The notes below the pieces were generated by a model that saw nothing but the letters and a program-made list of their open reading frames with translations, made no database searches and was not told the DNA's origin. From positions 1-34,680 of the IMG/VR virus record IMGVR_UViG_3300036807_000101: 34,680 nucleotides of DNA; one strand, given 5' to 3'. Below are positions 17,989-26,417 of the stretch, one piece after another (positions within the stretch are counted from its first letter, which is position 1; every line of letters starts with the position of its first letter). The DNA is from a virus. Its lineage: Duplodnaviria; Caudoviricetes. Position numbers and translations under genes: made by a program.

Positions 17989-18586
17989 TTGCTATTTTTC
18001 CTTCTGACAGTTCTTGTGTTTTTAAAGAATAAACCTCGTGAACTTTATGAAAGATCTCAGGGTTCTTAGTTTCCATGGATTTTACCCACTTAGATTGCTG
18101 CGTTATAACTGCCTTTAATTTAGCAACCTGACTAGCATCACTCATTAACTTAATAAGTTCTGCTTGCCGTTCTTCATCCGATACGGAAGAATCTTCAGGT
18201 ACATCTTCACCAGCGTAGATGTAATGACCTAACCCAAACATAGCCATAGTCTTAACTAGGCATCTCATTTTGGTGTTAGATATTTGTGTAGCTGTTGGAT
18301 TAACTACTGCTTGGTTCTTATGGTCCATGACAGCTAGCCACATCGTATGAGTGTTATTGTTGACGGTCATCTCACAAGACACGGCAGCTGTGCCATTCTT
18401 GTAATACAAGACATCATAACCTTCCCACTCTTTAAATCTATATGTTGCGTCTGGGTAGTTTTGCATCATCATACCCCAAGCCCATGCCCAAGATAGGTAC
18501 GTCAAGTTACCTTTTTTCTCGGTGTGTTCGTTGCAATCAATCTTACTAAGATTATTCCACACGATTTCTTTTTTCTTTGTTGTCAT
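17978..18586 (-). CDS. sak: Sak/Rad52-like single-strand annealing protein (DUF1071)
   Basis: EKKGNLTYLSWAWAW and RCLVKTMAMFGLGHYIYAGED motifs. Confidence 0.88.
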   Translation of the reverse strand: MTTKKKEIVWNNLSKIDCNEHTEKKGNLTYLSWAWAWGMMMQNYPDATYRFKEWEGYDVLYYKNGTAAVSCEMTVNNNTHTMWLAVMDHKNQAVVNPTATQISNTKMRCLVKTMAMFGLGHYIYAGEDVPEDSSVSDEERQAELIKLMSDASQVAKLKAVITQQSKWVKSMETKNPEIFHKVHEVYSLKTQELSEGKIANGK

Positions 18587-18587
18587 A

Positions 18588-19526
18588 CTATCCTTCCATT
18601 GCTTTGTTAAAATCTCTTTTTGCTTGTTCTACAAATTCATCACCAATATCCCAATAGAACGGATGCTCCCAGTCAGGGTTAACCAAACTTAATAGTTTAT
18701 TGATGTCACCATCTGCTTGTATAAGTAAGTTCTCACGCAGCTTGGCTTTGGATTTGTAAAACTTAAGGTGATCTTTCATGGCAGCTTCAGTCAGTAAGTC
18801 TGAATTGCTAGGATCAAATATCGTATATTCTTTTTCATTGGCATACACTAGGAACGGTCTTTTGTTTGTTGCTGCCCAATACAATGATATTTGTCGAGCT
18901 GCATCTATCTTTGGTTCTTTAACCGATTGCGTACTAAAACCGTAAGTGCCATCTTTTTTAAGTTTGCCACGTCTTGGTGGTAAGGTCTTGATCTCTACTA
19001 CACAAAATTCATTTTCTAAGTCAGTTCGACCTAACAGGTCAATCTCTGTGCCGACATTGTAATATCGATTAGCTTCTGACTCGACTTCACCTTGCAATGC
19101 CAGGCTCTTAATACCTTTATGTAGTTGGTGAGCCATCTTGTGGGCAATGGTTTTGTGGTATGCATGTTGTGCTTCTTCTTTTTCATCAAACGCTGGTTTG
19201 TAAGCATCAAGTTCTTCATCAACAACTCGTAAGTAATCTTTAAAAGTAATTTTAGTGTTTTCTATTTTTTCTGAATTGTAAGTCCAGATGATGTCAGCAT
19301 ACATTAATGCAATAGCACCACCGACTGCTACACCTAGTCTTGGCTTGGCAGTAAATTTAAATTTGCGTCTAACTTCTTGCATGCAACAAAAGTATTTCCA
19401 TGCCCAATTACCTTCTGGCAAGTTTAGCTGTGATGCTGAGTGATGATCGAAGTTCCATCTACCAAACAACTCTGCATTTGGTGATTCGATTAATTGTTTA
19501 AAGTCTGTACTAATTTGTGCTTCCAT
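18588..19526 (-). CDS. PD-(D/E)XK exonuclease (recombination partner of Sak)
   Basis: HHSASQLN, GVAV, E, GRTDL, VEIKT and RQISLY motifs. ATG at 19526 preferred to the listed TTG at 19559. Confidence 0.8.
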   Translation of the reverse strand: MEAQISTDFKQLIESPNAELFGRWNFDHHSASQLNLPEGNWAWKYFCCMQEVRRKFKFTAKPRLGVAVGGAIALMYADIIWTYNSEKIENTKITFKDYLRVVDEELDAYKPAFDEKEEAQHAYHKTIAHKMAHQLHKGIKSLALQGEVESEANRYYNVGTEIDLLGRTDLENEFCVVEIKTLPPRRGKLKKDGTYGFSTQSVKEPKIDAARQISLYWAATNKRPFLVYANEKEYTIFDPSNSDLLTEAAMKDHLKFYKSKAKLRENLLIQADGDINKLLSLVNPDWEHPFYWDIGDEFVEQAKRDFNKAMEG

Positions 19527-19629
19527 TTGTCTATCTTTGTTGACATAAAAAATAAACAAAAAAACTACTTTGTAAATAAAAAAAATTATGAAATTTGTTA
19601 ATAAAAGTTATTACTAAATGTTAGCTATT

Positions 19630-19644
19630 GAACATTTATTGAAC
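19630..19644. promoter_or_regulatory. Alphaproteobacterial LexA (SOS) box GAAC-N7-GAAC / GTTC-N7-GTTC
   Basis: GAAC-ATTTATT-GAAC, part of a perfect 11-bp tandem repeat TATTGAACATT x2 (19626-19647), ~100 bp upstream of the leftward operon. Confidence 0.75.
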
Positions 19645-19677
19645 ATTTATAAAAAATAGTTGAAAATTAGTGGTTTT

Positions 19678-20292
19678 TTATGTTTGATCTACTGGTGGCA
19701 ATAAAGCTCTGCCTTTTTGCATCGTCACAATCTTTTTAGATGCTACAGTTGTCATGCCTTTAGTTTCACAGTTATAAAACCGAATCAGTTTGCCTTGAGT
19801 ATCTTCATAGCCATCAGCATGACCAATTAATTTAGAGCCATCTTTTAAGGTAAACAATGTCCAGGCGTTTACTTGTTTAATATAATCAAACGGAACAGTT
19901 TTTTTTGTAATCACATAACAGTATTCATGGAACTCAAAACCGATATTACAAATTGCATAAAATTCCGAGTTATTGTGCCATTCTTTAGGACATTTTACCA
20001 TCCATGTTTGTTTTAGTTTGCGTACATACAGTGCATCTATGCACGCAGTAGCTGGTACAAAACGATCAGCTGGGGTTTCATAAAAACTACGCCAATCTAA
20101 ATCATACGCCAATGCAATTTCTTTAGCTTTCACTACTGACAAAGCTCGATGTCCATTAACAACCTTGCTAAAGGCTTCACGACTGTAACCTAATTTTTGG
20201 CATAATTCAGTTTGTGCTATTTGATACCGATGTAATACATTTTTGACAATCATGTTGCCATCAAATGGTGTGCCTGACTCTGTTTTGTTCAT
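19678..20292 (-). CDS. CI-like repressor (XRE HTH)
   Basis: AQTELCQKLGYSREAFSKVVNGHRALS HTH; divergent from a cro-like gene. Confidence 0.8.
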   Translation of the reverse strand: MNKTESGTPFDGNMIVKNVLHRYQIAQTELCQKLGYSREAFSKVVNGHRALSVVKAKEIALAYDLDWRSFYETPADRFVPATACIDALYVRKLKQTWMVKCPKEWHNNSEFYAICNIGFEFHEYCYVITKKTVPFDYIKQVNAWTLFTLKDGSKLIGHADGYEDTQGKLIRFYNCETKGMTTVASKKIVTMQKGRALLPPVDQT

Positions 20293-20324
20293 AGTAATTG
20301 TATCCTTAGTGGAAAAACTATCAT

Positions 20325-20381
20325 GTTTACTAAATGTAGTAAACCGTTCTATTTACAGACAGTAAAAGCTACACTAGCTTT
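20325..20381. promoter_or_regulatory. Genetic-switch operators and rightward promoter
   Basis: Palindromes GTTTACTA-aatg-TAGTAAAC (20325-20344) and AAAGCTA-cac-TAGCTTT (20365-20381). TTTACA-N17-TAGCTT (20352-20380) ends 10 nt before the cro ATG. Confidence 0.6.
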
Positions 20382-20390
20382 GATTCTATT

Positions 20391-20615
20391 ATGCTTTTAG
20401 AGGATTATCGGACACTAAATAACATGACATATCAGCAATTAGCTGATTTTTTGGAGATTAGTCATGCCACTGAAGCACTAAGATACTGTAAAGGGATTCG
20501 TTTTCCACGACCTGAAGTGTTTATCAAAATACAAATTAAGACAAAACACGCTGTCACAGCCAATGACTTTGTTGCCAAGTACAGGGAGTTGCATGAGCAA
20601 GAAGTTCAACCTTAA
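20391..20615 (+). CDS. Cro-like HTH protein
   Basis: MTYQQLADFLEIS...RYCKG.RFP...VTANDF, typical of alphaproteobacterial phage Cro-like proteins. Confidence 0.8.
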   Translation: MLLEDYRTLNNMTYQQLADFLEISHATEALRYCKGIRFPRPEVFIKIQIKTKHAVTANDFVAKYRELHEQEVQP

Positions 20616-20862
20616 TCAATTTAGATTGGTCAAAGTTAAATGGCATGATCCATGTGACTTTGAAACAGGTTGGAATGATCTGAAGAAGGTCCAGGCTGCA
20701 AAGACTGAACCAGTGGTGTCAGTTGGTTGGTTAATTACTGATGAAGCTGACCGTATAGTTTTAAGTGCTGACTTTTGCAGTGATGGCACAACGGGCAGAG
20801 CTATAGCTATCACTAGAGCATGCTGTGAAAACATAACCACATTAGAAGTAGGTAAAGACTAA
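20593..20862 (+). CDS. Conserved hypothetical phage protein
   Basis: AGGGAG RBS before ATG 20593; V.W.D...GW...SVGWL pattern. Confidence 0.7.
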   Translation: MSKKFNLNQFRLVKVKWHDPCDFETGWNDLKKVQAAKTEPVVSVGWLITDEADRIVLSADFCSDGTTGRAIAITRACCENITTLEVGKD

Positions 20863-20901
20863 TGCCATTAAACCCAGAGGATGAGTATGGTTGGTGGTCT
20901 T

Positions 20902-21294
20902 ATGAGTGACAACGTAAAATTAACTAAAGGCAGTGTTGGTGAATATCACGCAACGTATCAACTATTAAAAATGGGTTATAATGTTTATCAAAATTGTGAG
21001 GCTAATGGACAAGTTGATTTAAAAATTGAAAGCAGAGTAAACAGAGAAACTATAAACGTAGATGTTAAAACTGCTAAAGGAAAACTTAGACCTAATCAAA
21101 AAGATTACCCAGTAAAATATAAAATATATCAGTTAAGAATTGATGATGATGGTCAGATGTGGATTCCTTGTATTTGGGGTGAAATGTTTAAAAAGAAAAT
21201 AGTAGTTGGTGCAAACTATTATGAGAAAAAAGGTAGGTTTAAACTTTGTATGGATTACTTAAATATGCCTACTGATGAGGTTATAAATGAGTAA
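20902..21294 (+). CDS. PD-(D/E)XK endonuclease
   Basis: KGSVGE...GYNVY...VDL...VDVKT. ATG 20902 preferred (listed 20881). Confidence 0.7.
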   Translation: MSDNVKLTKGSVGEYHATYQLLKMGYNVYQNCEANGQVDLKIESRVNRETINVDVKTAKGKLRPNQKDYPVKYKIYQLRIDDDGQMWIPCIWGEMFKKKIVVGANYYEKKGRFKLCMDYLNMPTDEVINE

Positions 21295-21553
21295 TGTGAC
21301 AAATCTGCACAAGCAAGGGAAGTGTAAGCATTGTGGGATTGCATTGTTTAGTTACGACAATGTCAGACGTTATGTGTGTGGTGGTTGTGAACCCAAGCAC
21401 GATATGACTGGTCGGTTTGCACGCAAGGTCAATGACTATGTGCCATACATTCCTGAGATCAGTGATGAACGAGCTTTGATGTTATTAGAAAATCAAATCG
21501 ATGATCTAAAGCGTGAAGTTTTATTTTGGAAAGCTAAAGCCAATGATAGTTGA
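21287..21553 (+). CDS. Zinc-finger plus coiled-coil hypothetical protein
   Basis: CKHC...CGGC; GAGG RBS. Confidence 0.65.
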   Translation: MSNVTNLHKQGKCKHCGIALFSYDNVRRYVCGGCEPKHDMTGRFARKVNDYVPYIPEISDERALMLLENQIDDLKREVLFWKAKANDS

Positions 21554-22031
21554 GCTGGAGTGGTACGAATATAAAATGGCAGCACAGGTCGGACTAGATC
21601 GTAAGGTGCAATCAATTTTAAATGGGCATAAGGATCGTTATGGTAGCGTCTGGACACCTATTTCAGATGTTGGCTGGTCAGTGGTATCGGCAGTGGCTGA
21701 GTGTGCTGTAGCAAAAGCTCTCGGCATGTATTGGGATGGTTCAATCAATACGTTTAGTCGACCTGATCTTGGTGACTACGAGATCAAAGCACAGCTGCAT
21801 CATACGATTGATCCAAACAAACATAGCAACTTTTTAGTTATCAAACCTAACAGTCCAAATCATCTGGTGCATATATTGGTCCTGGTACATTCTAACACCA
21901 GGTATGAGTTAGTTGGGTTTCGTAGAGCTAGTGATGCTAAGTTTGAACGCTATGAAGCTCAGGTAGGTAATCGACCAATGTTTTATCGAGTGCCAGCTGA
22001 TGAACTCGACAACATATCATTGCTGCAATGA
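21543..22031 (+). CDS. Hypothetical protein, possible PD-(D/E)XK fold
   Basis: AECAVAK...PDL...EIK. Likely start ATG 21543. Confidence 0.6.
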   Translation: MIVELEWYEYKMAAQVGLDRKVQSILNGHKDRYGSVWTPISDVGWSVVSAVAECAVAKALGMYWDGSINTFSRPDLGDYEIKAQLHHTIDPNKHSNFLVIKPNSPNHLVHILVLVHSNTRYELVGFRRASDAKFERYEAQVGNRPMFYRVPADELDNISLLQ

Positions 22032-22582
22032 ATCCATTAGATCGGTTTATTCGTGAGGACATCACCCCCCAGGCTAAGATAGTTTATATTTATCTAGAGA
22101 GCTTGTACTATCGATATGGTAAGTGCTTGCCACGCCAAGCTACCATTGCGTCAGATTTGCACATCTCTAGGCGTACTGTTATCCGATGTATAAATGAGCT
22201 AAGGGATAAGGAATTTATTGTATCTAAACGGTTAGCATCAACGTGTCGTTACTTCCCAGTCAATGATGTGACAAAAAGTGTATATATTAATAAACAATAT
22301 ATATCTAAACTATCTAAGATATCTAAGAAGGATATATCTAGACATGATTTACGAGGGAGTAAGGTTAGATCTCTCATCCAATCCACTGCTAAAAATAACA
22401 ACATCCATTACAGGTCTGCTGTGAAGCAGACCGAAGCAAAGCAAGCACGAGTGCCGAAAGCTCAGAAGGACAAGCTCTACAACTTTTTAAAAAACCTATC
22501 ATCTGATCGTAAGAAACAGTTCTGGGATGATGTAATGAAAGGAGATAAGAAATGGCTCAAACAGTTTCCACAACTTGGTTAG
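22028..22582 (+). CDS. Replication initiator (N-terminal winged HTH)
   Basis: AKIVYIYL...PRQATIASDLHISRRTVIRCINEL; contains internal DNA repeats. Confidence 0.75.
   Translation: MNPLDRFIREDITPQAKIVYIYLESLYYRYGKCLPRQATIASDLHISRRTVIRCINELRDKEFIVSKRLASTCRYFPVNDVTKSVYINKQYISKLSKISKKDISRHDLRGSKVRSLIQSTAKNNNIHYRSAVKQTEAKQARVPKAQKDKLYNFLKNLSSDRKKQFWDDVMKGDKKWLKQFPQLG
22302..22341 (+). repeat. TATCTA(A/G) repeats, candidate origin iterons
   Basis: Copies at 22302, 22311 and 22320 (9-bp period) and 22335, preceded by an AT-rich tract inside the initiator gene. Confidence 0.55.
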
Positions 22583-22965
22583 TTGATGCCTTTGAAGAAG
22601 CAATAGCTACGGATCGTAAACTCCCAGCTGCATATAAGAAAGGTTACAATGGTATGAAGTTCGACATCAAGCACGATGTCACTGAACACAATGCCTGGGA
22701 TAAGAAACCAACACGCAGTGCTGCATCGTCAAAAGAAATAGCACGGTATGATTTCTTGCTCTATCACATCACACCATTGCTTGATACTACAGAACGTAAA
22801 CTAGTTTGGTCTAGGGGTATGGGTATGCCATATGTACACATTGGAAAGAAACTTGGCATGCATCGACACAAGGTTAAAGAAATGTACTTAGAAGTTCTAA
22901 TTTATATTAGGTATTTGGTAGCTTATGACAAATATTTGTTAGACAAGTATGACAAAATCAAATAG
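22552..22965 (+). CDS. Putative late transcription regulator (DUF6362-like)
   Basis: AAGGAG RBS; FEEA..T.RKLP...ERKLVWSR.G.PY..IG..LG C-terminal HTH; lies just before the packaging genes. Confidence 0.6.
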   Translation: MAQTVSTTWLVDAFEEAIATDRKLPAAYKKGYNGMKFDIKHDVTEHNAWDKKPTRSAASSKEIARYDFLLYHITPLLDTTERKLVWSRGMGMPYVHIGKKLGMHRHKVKEMYLEVLIYIRYLVAYDKYLLDKYDKIK

Positions 22966-23029
22966 TTATTTAACTATCATTTGCAAATCATTGTATGTGA
23001 TATTCCTTTCTTTGTTAAGATAATCCATC

Positions 23030-23281
23030 ATGGTAGGTAGACCCCTTCATAAAAAAGAGTGTGGAGCTTATGCTCGTACTACTCAACTACCTTGTAAAGC
23101 TAAGGCACTTGCTAATGGTAAGTGTAAGTTACATGGTGGGTTATCGACAGGACCAAAGACAGCTGAAGGCAAACTAAAAGCATTAATGAATTTAAAATAT
23201 GTCAAAGACAAACTTAAAAGACAAGATCCCAGTAATACTGGAGAGGTTGCAACAAGGCATTCCACTATCCAAGATATGTAG
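23030..23281 (+). CDS. HGGxSTG domain protein
   Basis: CGA..RT...PC...NGKCKLHGGLSTGPKTAEGK. Confidence 0.85.
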   Translation: MVGRPLHKKECGAYARTTQLPCKAKALANGKCKLHGGLSTGPKTAEGKLKALMNLKYVKDKLKRQDPSNTGEVATRHSTIQDM

Positions 23282-23588
23282 TGATAAGGATTATCCAGCA
23301 GTCACAACTGTGTATTCCTGGATGAAGGATGACGATGATATTCGTAAAGAGATAGCAGCTGCTAGACAACTTGGAGCATGGACTTACCTCGATAGTATGA
23401 TGGAGTTACTGCAACAAGAGTGTGAACCACAAGCAGTACAATGGAACAGAGAACGTCTACATCATGCACGTTGGATGAGTAGTAAACTATTAGCTGGTAC
23501 ATTCGGTGATAAGATCCAAGCTGATGTTAAGTCAGATAGTAAGCTGACTATTGCATGGAGTACTGAAGCTGTACCTGAGATCAAGTAG
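23199..23588 (+). CDS. terS: Terminase small subunit
   Basis: ILERLQQG.PL.KIC.DKDYP..TTVYSW...RW..SKL....FGDK (Sf6-like pattern). Confidence 0.8.
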   Translation: MSKTNLKDKIPVILERLQQGIPLSKICSDKDYPAVTTVYSWMKDDDDIRKEIAAARQLGAWTYLDSMMELLQQECEPQAVQWNRERLHHARWMSSKLLAGTFGDKIQADVKSDSKLTIAWSTEAVPEIK

Positions 23589-23872
23589 GATCTCCGATAT
23601 TTAATAGAGAGCTGCATGAATACGCACGCACGTCTTGAGGTACGATGTCAACTGTGAGCTGGGGTCAGACGTACCATGCCCCGTACTTTTTTTAAATTAT
23701 TGTTGGTATTCCTGGCACAATGACGGGACTCAGCATCTTGATTTATTTATTTAGCTAGGAAAACAGGTGTATGCGGTATTAATTTTTTTGACCGCACCTA
23801 CCCCCCCACACCCCGAAAAGTGGTGTGCGGTATATAATATATATATCATAGGAAATTAATAGAACCACGCAT

Positions 23873-24055
23873 ATGGATGAAGATTTAAAAGATCTGCTAG
23901 CAATGATCGTTTACGATGAAACTAGCAAAAGTTTAATTATTAGCGTTACAGGCTTTCGTAATAATATTCACGGCAAAGATGTGTCTACTTGGATCTGCAA
24001 TAACTTAAACATTGATTTGCAAGAAATAGATGGCAAACAACCAACATTACACTAA
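23873..24055 (+). CDS. Hypothetical protein
   Basis: 60 aa, TAATG-coupled to terL; ends PTLH. Confidence 0.6.
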   Translation: MDEDLKDLLAMIVYDETSKSLIISVTGFRNNIHGKDVSTWICNNLNIDLQEIDGKQPTLH

Positions 24056-25350
24056 TGCAAATAACTATTCCGTATAGTCCAAGACCATTACAACAAGACA
24101 TACATACACAATTAAGCAAACATAGATGGGCTGTACTCAGCATCCACAGACGTGCTGGCAAATCCGTATTGTGCATCAATGAACTAATTAAAAGAGCGTT
24201 AACTAACGACCAATGGAATCCACGGTACGCATACATCGGACCGACATACAAACAAACTAAGTCAATTATTTTTGACTACTTAAAATATTATGCTGGTGTC
24301 ATACCTGGATCAAAGTTTAATGAACAAGAACTTAGTTGCACTCTGCCTAACGGAGCAAAGATCTCCCTCTTAGGTTCTGAAAATCCTGATAGCCTTCGTG
24401 GTAATTACTACGATGGTATTATCTGTGACGAATATGCTCAGATCAATCCACGATTGTTTCCTGAGATTATTCGACCAGCTCTGTCAGATCGTAAAGGCTT
24501 TTGTTATTTTGTGGGTACACCACAAGGCATGAGTAATGATTTTTATAATAAGTACCAACATGGTCTGAAAGATAAGACCTGGTACACTAAAGTTGCTAAA
24601 GCATCGGAAACAGGCATTGTTGACAATGAAGAATTAGAAGCAGCTCTAGAACTCATGGGTAAAAATAAATACCGACAAGAGTTTGAGTGTGATTGGGTAG
24701 CAGCTCTAGAAGGTGCTATCTATGGAGATATAATAGAAAAGATTGAAAACAAAGGTCAGGTTGGTCGAGTACCATATGATCCGACTTATCCTGTTAGTAC
24801 GGCATGGGATATTGGGATCTCGGATAAAACCGTTATCTTATTTTTTCAGCAAGTAGGTCGAGCTGTACAGATTATAGATTATTATGAAAACAGTAATGAG
24901 GGTCTACCCCATTACATTAATGTGATTAACGGCAAGGATTACGTTTACAAGAACCATTATGGACCACACGATCTAGAACAACGTGAGTTTACTAATGGTA
25001 AGTCCAGGCGTGAAATAGCTTACGAGTTAGGTCTACGTTTTAAAATTACACCTAAACTAAGTATAGAGGATGGTATTCATTATACACAACTCTTGCTTAA
25101 CCGTTGTTGGTTAGACGTTGATACTTGCAAGAAACTTATAGATGCTTTGCGTAACTATCACCGTAAGTTTAACGACACGTTACAAGTTTTTAATATGAAA
25201 CCAGTCCACGACTGGTCAAGTCATGCATGTGATGCTTTGCGTTGCTTGTCTGTAGGCTTGGAAGAATTACGAGATGACAAAGAAATAACTCAGCGTATAG
25301 CTGATAATAATTACAACCCATTAGGAATAGCCCATGAGCAGAATTTTTAA
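24055..25350 (+). CDS. terL: Terminase large subunit
   Basis: HRRAGKS Walker A, DSLRG..DG.ICDE Walker B, GTPQG, WDIG..D and PVHDWSSHACDA nuclease motifs. Confidence 0.96.
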   Translation: MQITIPYSPRPLQQDIHTQLSKHRWAVLSIHRRAGKSVLCINELIKRALTNDQWNPRYAYIGPTYKQTKSIIFDYLKYYAGVIPGSKFNEQELSCTLPNGAKISLLGSENPDSLRGNYYDGIICDEYAQINPRLFPEIIRPALSDRKGFCYFVGTPQGMSNDFYNKYQHGLKDKTWYTKVAKASETGIVDNEELEAALELMGKNKYRQEFECDWVAALEGAIYGDIIEKIENKGQVGRVPYDPTYPVSTAWDIGISDKTVILFFQQVGRAVQIIDYYENSNEGLPHYINVINGKDYVYKNHYGPHDLEQREFTNGKSRREIAYELGLRFKITPKLSIEDGIHYTQLLLNRCWLDVDTCKKLIDALRNYHRKFNDTLQVFNMKPVHDWSSHACDALRCLSVGLEELRDDKEITQRIADNNYNPLGIAHEQNF

Positions 25351-25621
25351 AAAACCAAAATATCCAACGCCACCACCAGCTCCAGCAGCTGTACCATACA
25401 CTCCACCCAGTAGTGGTGACACTAGTGATTCAGTAACCAACACTCCAACCACAGAAGAAATAGCAGCAGCTGATCCAACAGGAGCTATCAATGAAGATGC
25501 TGAAGAAGCTGCACTAGCATCAGTTAACAAAAAGAAAAAAGGCAGAAAGTCAACCATCCTCACAGGACCACTAGGTTTGACTACAGAAGCTGAAACTTAT
25601 TCACCAACTTTATTAGGATAA
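25334..25621 (+). CDS. T7 gp7.3-like small virion protein (TLLG C-terminus)
   Basis: Basic N-terminus, Pro-rich and acidic middle, KKKKGRKSTILT...PTLLG. Confidence 0.7.
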   Translation: MSRIFKKPKYPTPPPAPAAVPYTPPSSGDTSDSVTNTPTTEEIAAADPTGAINEDAEEAALASVNKKKKGRKSTILTGPLGLTTEAETYSPTLLG

Positions 25622-25625
25622 TATT

Positions 25626-25871
25626 ATGGGATTAGTTAAAAAATTAATAAAAAAAATGTCAGATGATGGCATGCTGCCAGTACAAAAAATAGCTGAAAAA
25701 GCTAAGGACAAAAATTTACCAGTACAAAAGATAGCAGCTCTAGGTAACAACCAAGCTGAGAACGAATCTGAGAACGATGTAGAAAGTCTTTCAGAGGAAG
25801 AAATAAAAAGGAGACAGCTACAAAATTCAGTAGCAGACACCACTGGTGCTGGCTCAACATTACTAGGATAA
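25626..25871 (+). CDS. Small protein with TLLG C-terminus
   Basis: AGGA RBS; MGLVKKLIKK...STLLG; internal LPVQKIA duplication. Confidence 0.7.
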   Translation: MGLVKKLIKKMSDDGMLPVQKIAEKAKDKNLPVQKIAALGNNQAENESENDVESLSEEEIKRRQLQNSVADTTGAGSTLLG

Positions 25872-25875
25872 TATT

Positions 25876-26016
25876 ATGTCACTATACGAAAATATTAATA
25901 AAAGAAAAAAAGCTGGTACGTCTAGACCAAAGTCTAAATCAACTATTAGTTCTAAAGCCTACGGCAACATGCAAGCTGGCTTTCCAAAAAAGAAAAAGAA
26001 AACTTTGATGGGCTAG
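25876..26016 (+). CDS. 46-aa highly basic protein ending TLMG (not in ORF track)
   Basis: Translated by hand: MSLYENINKRKKAGTSRPKSKSTISSKAYGNMQAGFPKKKKKTLMG. AGGA RBS; stop overlaps the next GTG (TAGTG). Confidence 0.8.
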   Translation: MSLYENINKRKKAGTSRPKSKSTISSKAYGNMQAGFPKKKKKTLMG

Positions 26017-26417
26017 TGCTTGATATAGAACCAAGTCAAGACCCTGATGCTTTGCTAGCTTTCTTAACAGAAGAAAACTACAAGTATCTACCTGAGCATA
26101 AAGATAATTTAATTTACGCTTACATCTTTCGATTTGTAAAACATGACACAACTTTAGGTTATGTATGGTTGTATGAATTGCAAGATAACGAAAACAATTT
26201 TGTTACGCATATGTGTGTAGCACAACAATATCAAGGTCGTGTGTTAAACAGACACACGGTAAATAAATTTTATCAAATGAGTTATCAGCTCGGAGCTGTT
26301 GCATTGCAAACAGACGAAATCAATGCTGATGACATAAAACTATATGAACGCATTGGCTGGTCAAATCAAAATGACCAAACAGTTGCAATTCAATTACCCT
26401 ATCAATGGAGAAAATAA
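26016..26417 (+). CDS. GNAT-like acyltransferase
   Basis: LGYVWLY, HMCVAQQYQGR (motif A-like) and KLYERIGW (motif B-like). Confidence 0.7.
   Translation: MLDIEPSQDPDALLAFLTEENYKYLPEHKDNLIYAYIFRFVKHDTTLGYVWLYELQDNENNFVTHMCVAQQYQGRVLNRHTVNKFYQMSYQLGAVALQTDEINADDIKLYERIGWSNQNDQTVAIQLPYQWRK

Noticed and set aside
18588-19526. Cas4 assignment for the nuclease
   Set aside because: No Fe-S cysteine cluster pattern; the context next to Sak and SSB indicates a recombination exonuclease.
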